Shown here piece by piece: positions 1 through 10,617 of a stretch of 64,000 bases of DNA. Both the position numbers and the translations under genes were made by a program. The stretch comes from Enoplolaimus lenunculus (Eukaryota). The first letter of the stretch is position 1. The number at the start of each line of letters is the position of its first letter. The notes under the pieces are model-generated. The model was not told where the DNA came from. It saw nothing but the letters and a program-made list of their open reading frames with translations, and did no database searches. The stretch covers positions 62,001-126,000 of the forward strand of contig JASANG010004128.1 in the NCBI GenBank assembly GCA_030248215.1, read 5' to 3'.

Positions 1-1211
1 GTGCGACGGGATACCAAAAACTGACAGAGCCGGATAATCTAATATCAGGCTGGAGCCGGATAAAATCAAAACTAATATTATACTGCATTCAAATATCAGA
101 ACGTAGCTTACAATTCTTCTTTCCGTGGCTTAAGCTACCCGAAGTGTTTACGTGACAAAATTTAACACCTCACGCCGACGCATTTCTAACACTTCGTCAG
201 CGTCCCTATTATATACTATTCTATGTTTTGTAGCGTTGCGTTCAGTTGCAATATTCTTTTGGCCCGTGTTTTTTAAGGACATCTAGTTTTCCGTAGGTAC
301 CATAAAACAGAAGTGGTTAAGATCAGGGATGGGAGTCTTGGTCTCAGTCTCGGCAAGCCTCGGTATTTGGCAGGTCTCGGTTTCTTGAGTCTCGGTGGTT
401 TGGAACCGACACTAGAAATTGAGGATTCAGCAAATGGTGATAGGCCTGTAAAAATCAGAAGTTAACATGTTGAAGCAAGTAATGTTTGCTGAAAAAATTC
501 TCTATGAATCAACGAATTTTCATAGTCACGCAATTTGAACGTATACGGTCACATGCAAACATTTACATTACTGAGAAATATGCTGAGACATATTCTGTTA
601 CGCCCCTAGAATAACACTCGGCATCTATATCTGGTTTTCCAGCGTTATTGTAACTCAATAAATATTGTGAACGTATACGGTCACAGCAACACATTTACAT
701 TACACGTGTGAGAGAAAAATTATGTAAAAGTAAGCAGGGATCGACCGGATATTACTTTTACCGGATACCGGAACCGGATAGTAATGTTAGTACCGGAACC
801 GAAGCCCGATATTAACCGTATATAGGGTATAAATCGTTGAAAATATGTCGTGCAAAAATATGAATTTGTGTATTTAAGATTAATATTTGGCGAAGATTTT
901 TTATTCCCTGCCAGTGTCTATTCTTGACTTTCCGAAATTGCCACCGCTCCAAAATATCTAGTATTTCGACATGTAAAAAGCAGTTTTATGATATTTGGAA
1001 CCACAACCGCAAATATCTGGTAGGTTTAAACGGGATGCCGGAATCGGATGCCGCTTTTTGCCGGATATTGAACCAGAATAGCATTTCCGGTCGATCCTGA
1101 AAGTAAGTCAATCAGTTCGATGGTACTTAGCATAAATACGAATGATGGCATATAGTTTTTGAAGTTTTTTTAAACGTAATATCCGGCAAGTTAAAATACC
1201 GGAGCCCGATG
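1..1211 (-). mobile_element. Fragmented copy of the ~600-bp CAGGATGYGACCGGATA MITE family, interrupted by younger insertions
   Basis: Segments 1-320, 540-720 and 1108-1211 are reverse-complement homologues of 3231-3873 and 19633-20241. Confidence 0.7.
735..1099. mobile_element. hAT-type MITE with perfect 8-bp TSD AAAGTAAG
   Basis: TIRs CAGG(G)ATCGACCGGA / TCCGGTCGATCCTG; AAAGTAAG at 727-734 and 1100-1107. Confidence 0.85.
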
Positions 1212-1216
1212 TCGAT

Positions 1217-1768
1217 TATGTAGATATAGTCACAGATGATTGTCAGGCACAAGTTAATGCAATATTCTTAGTGTGGTCATTTAAAGATTTGAAAATTATG
1301 CATGTTACTTTGTATGTTCAATCTTGGTTGCAGGTTTGTAATGAAAGTCGACTCCAAAATGTGTAGATCGAAAGTGGTGGTTGATTTGGAGGAAGTCTTT
1401 GGAGCCGGAGAAATGATTTCAGAGTCGCCCTCATTGCAAAAATGACCAGTTGATTGATTGTAATCAGCGATTGCTGATTTAAGCTTAGTGCTTGAAATAG
1501 TGGTTCGTAGGGTTCTATCAGAGATACGCTTGTGTTCGCAAATTCGTTTGAAGAGATGTCGGACTGTGGATCCGATGTAGTCTAACTCACAGTTAGAACA
1601 AGTATATTTGGAAACGATTGCAGGACTCAAGAGTAACGAAATTTTACCTTTGTAATTAAATAAAGAATTGATCTATTTTGTGATTTTAAAAAACAATTCT
1701 TAGTTCTAGTTTTTTTGTTGAAAAATGATCTTTAAACATCTTTTTCATCAACTGTTTTAGGTAGCAAA
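1217..1768 (-). mobile_element. Penelope-like retroelement 3' fragment (GIY-YIG endonuclease + 3' UTR), left arm of an inverted pair
   Basis: ORF 1277..1630 reads IVSKYTCSNCELDYIGSTVRHLFKRICEH...SAIADY...GH...ILESTFI..LQPRLNIQ, the PLE GIY-YIG pattern. Confidence 0.85.
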
Positions 1769-1979
1769 TTGCGTTATCAATATAGTGTTGGCTAGAATTA
1801 GTACGAGCCGTTTGAAGTATTTGGTTCCACCAATTTAGACGAGTCAAATAGTGGCGATACATCTGCACGAGATACACACTACGATAATGCCGAAACGCCG
1901 ACGACAGCCAATGAAAGGAATGAAACCACAGTAGCAAACCTGGTTGATGGCTTCTCCCCGGAATGTCACCGAACACCAG

Positions 1980-2533
1980 GTACAAACCATTACACTTAAA
2001 ATTCTGTTCTTTGGGTCTCATACTTGCTACCAAAAACAGTTGGAAAAGATCTTTAAGGATCATTTTTCAGCAAAAAAATCTAGACCTAAGAATTGTTATT
2101 TATAATCACAGTAACATCAATTCTTTCTTTAATTACAAAGATAAAATTCCGTTACTCTTGAGTCCTGCAATCCGTTCGCAAATATACTTGTTCTGTGAGT
2201 TACACAACATCGGATCCACAGTCTGACATTTCTTCAAACAAATTTGCGAACACAAGCGTATCTCTGATAGAACCATACGAACCACTATTTCAAGTACTAA
2301 ACTTAAATTCTTGCAATGAGGGTGACTTTGCAATCATTTCTTTGGCTCCAAAGGCTTCCTCCAAATCAGTCACCACTTTCGGTCCCCATATTTTGGAATC
2401 GATTTTCATAAGAAACCTGCAACCAAGATTGAACATACAAAGGAATATGTATAATTTTCGAATCTTCAAATGACGACACTAAGAATATAGCATTAACTTG
2501 TGAATGGCAATCATCTGTGACTATATCTACATA
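1980..2533 (+). mobile_element. Penelope-like retroelement 3' fragment, frameshifted, right arm of the inverted pair
   Basis: Reverse-complement homologue of 1217-1768, with the shared end CAATCATCTGTGACTATATCTACATA. ORF pieces read YKDKIPLLLSPAI, NIGSTV and ILESIFIRNLQPRLNIQ. Confidence 0.85.
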
Positions 2534-3230
2534 CGTAATATATATCACGAAACAATCGGAATTCCGGTTCCGGCAATTTTAGACGTTCCGGATCTGGTTC
2601 CAGTAAATTTGTACCAGAATTAAACAATTCCTGTATTAAATTTTGTTCGGTGGAAATATATTTTACTAAAAATGATGATAAAAATTAAATAAGATTTCAT
2701 TCGTACTGTATATTACTTGAAGTAATTGAATTTTTTGCATGAATTGGAACAGAAACCGGAGTTTGAAATAATTTTCATCACCGAATTATGTGATTTCGAG
2801 ATGATTGCAAACTTCTTAAAGACAAACTTTCAATATTTAGATGATTATGAATAATTCAAAACAAAACTGCAAAAATTCGGGTTCCTGCATTTTTGAATAC
2901 AGGAACAGGAATTGAATTTTTGCGGGAATTCTGGCGGAGCCCTGCAAGTTTGCATTCAAGTATCAAAACGTACGTAGCTAACAGTACTTCCTTCCGTGGC
3001 CTAAAGATATCCAGAGTGTTTACGTAACAAAGCTTAACATCTCCGCAGATGCATTCTTAACACTTTGATAACGACCCTATTCCATTATTCTGCGTTTATA
3101 TACGAAGCGTTGCGTTCACTGCAATATTTGTTTGGCCCATGTTGCATTTAAGGGCATCCCGTTTTCCCTAGGTACTGTAAAATAGAAGTGGCTAGGATTA
3201 AGAATATTGTAAAAGTATGCGTATGTTTAC

Positions 3231-3873
3231 CAGGAAGTGACTGGATATCCGGCTCCTGCAAAAATCGTCATCCGATTTTGGTATTTTAACTTGCCGAACG
3301 TTCTTAAAACATAAAAAAGTTGAAACCAACATTTATATTTATGCCAACTACCACGGAACTGATTGAATTGCTTTTACATAATATTTTTAATGTCATACAT
3401 GCGTTGTGTATGTCTACATGAGTCCGTGTACGTTCATAATTTTTATTGGGTTACAATAACGCCGGAAAACATGACAAAGATGACGAATTACTATTCCAAG
3501 CCTCAACTTCTATGTAAAATAGTTTAAACCTAAGCTTAAGCGAAACTAATATCCTAAATCCTAAGCCTACTCTGTCAAAAACTGAACGTCCTTAAAAGTA
3601 ACATGGTCATAACAAATATTGAAAGTGAACGCAACGTTACAAAAACATAGAATCGTGGAATAGGATCATTGATGAAGTGTTAAAAATTCATCGGAGCGGG
3701 TTGTTAAGCTTTGTCACGTAAACCCCTTGAATAAGTTGAAGGAAGAACTGTTAGCTACGTTCTGATATTTGAATATCGCTTACTGCGCATTACATTTGAA
3801 TTAACTATCCATCTGCGGTCGGATATTACGTTATCCGGTTTCGCTTCCGGTATTTTTTGGTATTTGGTCACAC
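3231..3873 (+). mobile_element. ~600-bp MITE of the same family as 19633-20241; an inverted fragment lies at ~2950-3200 and an internal ~165 bp is re-duplicated at ~3918-4085
   Basis: Colinear similarity to 19633-20241; 3564-3730 and 3918-4085 are near-identical. Confidence 0.75.
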
Positions 3874-4850
3874 ATTATATATCTCAAAATGAGGCGTGTA
3901 GGGACTAAAAACGGTTCAGCCTACTCTGTCAAAAACTGAATGTCCTTAAAAGTAACATGGTCATAACTAATATTGCAAGTGAACGCAACGTTACAAAAAC
4001 ATAGAATCGTGGAATAGGATCGTTGATGAAGTGTTAAAAATGCATCGGAGCGGGTTGTTAAGCTTTGTCACGTAAACCCCTTGGATAATCACTGCGCTGA
4101 GTTGCCTACAGGCAACTCAATGTGAGAAGGGGTTAACAAAACAAAATACCGTTCTTCACCTAGCTACGAGTTTAAAGAGCTATACGAACCGAAATATACA
4201 ATTTTTACGTAATTTGTGCTAGGGAGAAATAACTATTTAGCAGGACTATATTTTGTAACCATAAGCTTTGGACGATGTCTTGCATTGTCTTAGGCTTAGG
4301 CTCAATTGTAGGCTTATCCTTACGCTCTGACTTTTAGACTTCGAATAGTTAGGAAAGCTGGCCAAATATTTTTAAACACAAACTCCTGCTTTTGAGCAGT
4401 TTGTTTTGCTCAAAACGTGTTAATATTAACCCCAGGCGTTGTGCAAAGTTGAATTTGGGCTGAACCTTGCGTTTTTGACATTGGTAATATATAAATTCAA
4501 CAAGACAAGTTCATAATTTAGAAATCTGTAGCGTCGCGAAATTTGGCAGTATGCCTAAACCTCAGTAAAAATTTTGCTTTCATACTTTATCAAATTCGTG
4601 GCATTTAGGTTTCTAATGAAGTGTAAAGTTTGCACGCATCGTTATATAATTTATGGTAATGTTACCATAGAACTACTTAGCTAGGTATCCACAGCCTCAG
4701 ATATTTGACGTGCGTAAGCTCATTTTCGTGAAAAATTACATTGTTCTGTTATAGACAAAGTCTTCTTAACCACAAACTAGTAAAGTCATCATAACTTTTA
4801 GTTTTGTTTGCAATTCTCATGGCTGGTGTGGTTTGCAATTCGAGACCAAT

Positions 4851-5160
4851 GAGGTGAAAAACCGATAAGCATTGCTATTAGCTGAGCTAGTTTGAGTTGA
4901 TGAAAGGACGCAGCAATGTTTTTCCCGTACTTTGGGCTAAATATATATGTTTGAACCACAAAAAATTGCGCACTTGTTTACTTCCCTCAACACTATGACT
5001 TACTACATTATGACATAGATCGCTTAGGTTTAAGTTTACGCTTCAACTTAGGTACGGGGGTGTGGAAGTAAACAAATAAATAAAATTGTACAACGTAAGC
5101 AAAGTGAATGAGCTTACCTAGTAATGTTTTCATTAATATTGGCACTGAAGGTCGCATATA
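4851..5160 (+). repeat. Dispersed repeat, copy 1 (copy 2 at 18452-18812)
   Basis: Both copies share GAGGTGAAAA..GATAAG..ATTGCTATTAGCTGAGCTAGTTTGAGTTGATGAAAGGA and the following sequence. Confidence 0.85.
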
Positions 5161-6277
5161 ATCCGTTTAAGTACATTTTCATATGTGCGCAACGTCTGTT
5201 ATAATTGGCGTTGGCGATTTTTTGTGTAATAGTTTTTTGAACAGTATTGATTCCGCAAGATATAGTGATAATGTAAACGGTTTACCCCTTTTATCCCAAA
5301 TCATTATTTGTTGGTAAAATAAACCTTATTGAAAAAATTTCATTAGTTTCATAATATTTACCGTCATTGTTATATTATTACGAACAGTAAACGAAACGAA
5401 ACGAAGTTTTCAATCGATGAGTTTTTGCCATCTGGGAATTCCGATCGGAGCTGGGATAACAAGCATCTGGTGCGCCTAAAAAGTGTCACTTCTTGGTTGA
5501 TATCCGGAAGTGTGAGATGGAGGTTCGGATGTTCGCTGTGTTGGCAAGCAATCTTGAATTGGTTGACAACAAGACTGGTGTAGGTCGAATCGGAAACACT
5601 TTGTTTCTTTAAAATTCGCTTGAGCCATTTTGGGGAACTTTTCTAAAAAGTCCAACAGTGATTCGGCGATGAAAATTATTTCAAATTCCGGTTCCTTCAA
5701 AATATTCAATTCCTGTTCTTTTGCCGGTAGAACTTAGATCCTTTGCGGGGTGGAGGTACAGAATACGGACCCCCTAAGAATTTAATGAAAACAGTGTATT
5801 TTACAGATTTCGGCGTGCTGATTTCAGTGGTACCATTTTTCAGGCTGCAGGGTCCCCGGTTCAACAGTTATATCCCTTTAAACTTCAAATGGCGCTGGCT
5901 CACAAAAACTATAAGTTGTCCTCAAATCGTAACGCAAAACTCAAAAAAGTAAACGCTCAGAAAATCACCATAAATCTGATAACTGGAAAACTCAGAACGA
6001 ACACGGCTGAATTTCCAGCCCTATAAATTGAATTAGTTTGCATAAACGCGCCTGGAGTAATCAAGCACTCAATGCAATCATATGATGGATAGATCAGATA
6101 AAAGATAGATGGATAGATAAGATAGAAGAGTAACGATATAACTCCACAATAGGCGCTGGCATAGACAAATTAGAAAATTGCCCATTGCGACATCCTAAAA
6201 CCGTAAATGTGATAAGTTAGGTAAGCAAGGGCACGACAGTCTTTCAGTTTTTAGTTCTCAGGAGCAGAAAATGAGGG

Positions 6278-6350
6278 ACGCTCCCAATTGGTTTCGAACT
6301 CGGATCGACAGATTTTCGGTCCAGCGCGCTATCCACTGAGCCACGCCGCC
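6278..6350 (-). mobile_element. tRNA-derived Pol III head, probably a SINE
   Basis: Minus strand reads GGCGGCGTGGCTCAGTGGATAGCGCG...CCGAGTTCGAAACC, with A box and B box at tRNA spacing. The acceptor and anticodon stems are not intact. Confidence 0.6.
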
Positions 6351-7289
6351 TCACAATCAACTGCTGAGTTTTTCTGTTTTTGTGCCTTATAAGGACTTCA
6401 ACATTATACACATGTATCTTGGTTCTTCAATATTTTTACTGCTGCTGCATATGAAGGCACTACATATGCAGCAGTGTTTTTACCGAGGTACAGCATCAGC
6501 ATGAGGTTATTATTTGCCTCCATGCATCCGCATGTCACAGTAAATACTTAAAGTATTAATCTGCATTTAACTTTATTCTTTCTGTATCAGTAATAAACTG
6601 ATAAATTTTCTTTTTTCCTACCAAAAAATTGCTTACGTTTCTCTTCTTCCCGCTTACATACTCACAAAAAGTGCTCAGCGGTCTCACTTACATTACATTC
6701 TGAACATTTTTTATTTTGAACTACCTTCATTCGAAAAAGATGATAACCTAACCAACAGTGTCCCGATAGAATTTGAACACATTGTCCAAGTTTGTCTTTG
6801 CTAAGCCTTAAAAGAAATCTGGTTTTTTAGTGTTTGGTTCCTTGATTATCGATCTTGTGAATTTACAAATTTTCTAATTTATCCATCTGTCTATATATGT
6901 TTTCTGTGCATCTGTGATGTGACTTTTGATCGAATTCACGCTTACATTTTGGCAGTGCTGTTCTGGTCCTATAAATTTTCTACATGATCCACGTCTTGCT
7001 AATGCATCCGCGATATCGGTACCGGTTTTATTACAATGACCCGGTACCCACACTAATAAAACCTCATTAAATTCTGAAAGTCCTTTAACTGCTAATCGAC
7101 ACTCAGTTACAGTGTTCGACCTAATTTAAATAGTATGTAAAGCTTTCAATGCTGCTTGACTAACTGATATGATGAGTATTCTCGTTCTAGCCTGCTGAAC
7201 GGGACGGACTTTGTTGAACTAACGAAGCTAATGCCTGCCCAGGTAGTACAGGAAGCACTGAGGCCTCCCCCTACCTGAGCTGGCTTCAT

Positions 7290-9125
7290 GTTGTTGTTGT
7301 AGCTGCAAGCGATCGTCATAGTTCGCGGTTCAGGAACTGAGCGGCAGCCAGTGGTTGAGACCAGAGGCTGTTGACCTGCAATGCCGTGGGCTTGGCTGGA
7401 CAGCTGAACAGATGGTGGACGTCATGAGGCGAGCCATTGCAGTCAGGACATTGGTTACTTGCAGTGGGGTCAATGCGTGCATTGTAGCTCCCCAGGATAC
7501 TGCTGTAGCCGGAACGTAGTTGCGCCAGGGTGCAACGGGTGGCACTGGGCAGCAGCTTCCCATCTTTCTGTACAGCGGGTACTGGTGGTGGGAAACCACC
7601 TAACCATACGGCAGGGGTATAACCCTGGACGTAGTCTGCCACCGCTGTTTTGTGTAGCTTTTGCAGGCCTTCTTTGTAGACGTCAGGAGTGACGTCAGGA
7701 GCTGGGTTGATGTTGATGCTCTGGAGATCCGCAAGGTGAGCGCCACGCAAAGTGCTCCGCAGCTTGCGGGAGCGTTGGGATGGAGGTAGCGTGGTGTGGT
7801 GATCAGGTCGGTCTGGCAGATGTGCTCCAAGCAGAAACTGGCGACTTAGCAGGTCATTATGTTCGCGGATGGCAGGAGTTTAGCTTCGGCGTGCAAGTGT
7901 TTGACATCAGTCATGAGGTAGCAGCCTGTGGCAATGCGGATGGCTCCATTCTGGGTGGCCTGGAGACGCTGCTATGCGCTCTCAGACATATTCGGCGACC
8001 AAACAGGGGATGCGTAGCTGAGAACGCTGCGGTCAGTGGCTTTGTAGGTTGTCAGGATGACTTTACGGCTTTGACCCTAACTGGTGTCGGCAAGCTTCTT
8101 GAGGATGTTGTTGCGCTTCTTGACCTTCATGTTGATGTTCTCGGCGTGTGCAGTGAAATGCACAAGGTATCGAACGTAACATCGATGAGCTTGTGTTGCC
8201 GGATGGTGGGAATACGCTGGTTGTCAATGTTAATGTCAAGAGCGGTGTTTACTTCTTTGTTCCATCTAGTGAACAAGGTAGCGGATGACTTGCCGTGTGA
8301 CAATTGGAGGTTTCGCCCACTAAACCAGTGGCACAGATCGGTTAGGTACCCGTTGATTCGGTCAGATTTCTTGTAGGTGTTGTGCGCCCTTGAGATTCGG
8401 ATTACCCGTTGCATGCACCGTGCAGTCGTCATCATCCGAAACAAGCTTGACGTCAGGCGGTGGCGTCGAAAGACCAGCCATGTACGCATTGAAAAGCCCC
8501 GGAGACAAAACCCCACCTTGGGGCACGCCTTGTTTGACTCTTCGGCGCGACGATACACATCCACGAAACTCCACATATGTTTGTCTACCAGACAAGCACA
8601 TAGCCATCGTTTGGTTGTCACCGGCAGCGCGTTGTTGCAGACAATTTGTATCAGCGTGCGGAGGTTGACAGTGCGACCGCTGATTTCAGATCCAGTGCAA
8701 CAGCAAATGTGCGAAGAGCGGGCTTTGGGTGGTTAAGGCCACTGACGTTATCATGCCGGAGACAGTGGAGAACAGTTGATGTAGAGCGACCCTTTTTGAA
8801 ACCGTGGTGGTGTTGGGCAGATGGCAGGTTGACAGCTAGGGTCGGAATAGGAGACGCTCGACTAGTTTGGCGACAGGTGACAGCAATGCAATAGGACGGT
8901 AGTTCTTCCCGTCGTCGACCGGCTTGCCTGGGTTGAGTATCGGGATGATGCGTCCCAATTTCCCCAGTGGTGGAACCAGCAGTTGCATGAGCGAAAGGTT
9001 GATAACAGGTGATGTAAGCCAAACCGCTGGGGCCCAGCTTGTGAAGGTGGATAGGTGCGAGACCATTTGGGCCGAGAGCCTTGGAGACCTTTGACTGCTT
9101 GATGGCGGCAGCACATCATCGCTTG
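7290..9125 (-). mobile_element. 5'-truncated, frameshifted non-LTR retrotransposon (LINE): RT, C-terminal CCHC finger, short 3' UTR with (CAA)n tail
   Basis: RT motifs across frames: NYRPIALLSPVAKLVER, HGFKKGRST, ALDLKSA, GVPQGGVLSPGLFN, LVSDDDD (degenerate YADD). C-terminus LAQLRSGYS..L.SY..RI...CPDC...HDVHHLFSCP. ACAACAACAAC follows the stop at 7316. Confidence 0.9.
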
Positions 9126-9552
9126 TAGTGACGTCTAAATTCGAAACTAGGGGACTAAGCCTTGATTCTTCGACAGCGGCCCTCTGAGGTGGACCGGGCG
9201 GGACTGCGGCCGACAGTTGCCACCGATTATTGTTGTTGACCGATTGTTATTATTGTTGACAGCGCCACTGCCCGTCCCGATTCATCAGGCACCGCTTCCG
9301 AAAATTCGTCATAATCTTCGTTTTGATTCATAAAGGATCACTATGTAACTACTAACTACATAAAGAAAATATGTACATATATAAAAATAAATATATAATA
9401 TAATATAATATATAGATTTATAAATATATCTAAGGTGAAGGTTATATATGGTATGTGTAGTAAAAATATATAATATAAGATATGATGTGTATGTATGTAT
9501 TGTGTTATGTATAGTGTGATATGTGTATTAAGGTTAAGTTTATATGTATATA

Positions 9553-10274
9553 ACCAGTCGTAGTGGGACTACATGTATTGAGCAAAGCTCGAACACACGC
9601 AAGCAGTTAAGCTAATATGCAAATTAGTTATTATCTAACTATTCATTTATTGGTTTTGGAGTTTTGTAAATAATTTATTCAGATTCCTCGCACTCAAAAA
9701 CCGTAAGGTAACCCTTGAGAAATAATTTAAAAAGCCATTATTTAGCCTTATCAATTAAGCAAATATGCAGATTAGATATTAACTAACTATTCGATAATTC
9801 GTTTTGAAGGTTTGTAGACAATTTATCCAGATTCCTCGCACCCAAAACCCCATTTTTGCTGAAATTAGCTTGCTTGTAACCCTAATAATTAGTAAAATAT
9901 TGCAAAAACGCCTGATTTAGGCATATCAATTATGCTTATATGCTAATTATCTATTAGCTAACTACTCAGTTATCGGTTTTAGACGTTTGTAAACAATTTA
10001 TTCAGATTCTTCGCACCCCAAAAACCTTCAGTAAACTTGAATAATTATTGAAATAATTTAAAAAGTCCCTAGTTTTGTCTTGTCAGTTAATGCTGAAACT
10101 AGATTGCTTCTAACTGTAATAATTAGTGAAATAATGTAGAAAGTCGGTTTAATTAATTATGTTCAACCGTTCCTGATATTCTTTTCGGACGTTTTCGGAC
10201 GTACAAACGGACTGACGGACGGACAAACATCCTCCTTTCGACCCCAGAGTACAAAACATAAAACGCTTCGCGAA
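9553..10274 (-). mobile_element. Helentron-associated non-autonomous element (HINE/DINE-1-like), copy 1
   Basis: Terminal hairpin GTAGT-GGG-ACTAC next to a subterminal IR, internal ~120-bp tandem units, and a GACGGACGGACA microsatellite at ~10207-10228; homologous to 16142-16778. Confidence 0.65.
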
Positions 10275-10617
10275 AAAAAACATCACTGACCATATGAAAA
10301 CTTTATTGGGGAAGGGGAAAGGTAACGGTCAGTAATGACGTTGGCCACTAGTTACCCTAAAAAATGATATGTCCATCGGGGAAATCCGCTGGTGGACACC
10401 CCAATTGGCAGGGATGAAGCACGAACGCCGCGAACAACGCTGGACGTACGATTTGTGGGGGGCAATCATAAAGTCTTTGCAAGTAAAGTTAAATTGAAAC
10501 TAACATATACTTTTAGAGACTACTTTACTTTGTGTAATGTAAATACTAATTGAGCAGCGTAATTATTAACTTCTTTCCCAACAAGATTGTATCATAATCT
10601 GCCAAATTCTCCGCATT

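Noticed and set aside
2505..2560. Hammerhead ribozyme in the Penelope 3' end (CTGTGA...CGAAAC)
   Set aside because: The core is CTGTGA rather than CTGANGA, stems I and III are not evident, and the GAAA part is absent from the other arm.
7780..8376. 198-aa plus-strand ORF, the longest in the track
   Set aside because: It is the antisense shadow of the GC-rich LINE RT region and has no recognisable domain.
9260..9300. CTGATGA on the minus strand as a hammerhead core
   Set aside because: No GAAA follows a closing stem II; it reads more simply as codons (CCT GAT GAA).
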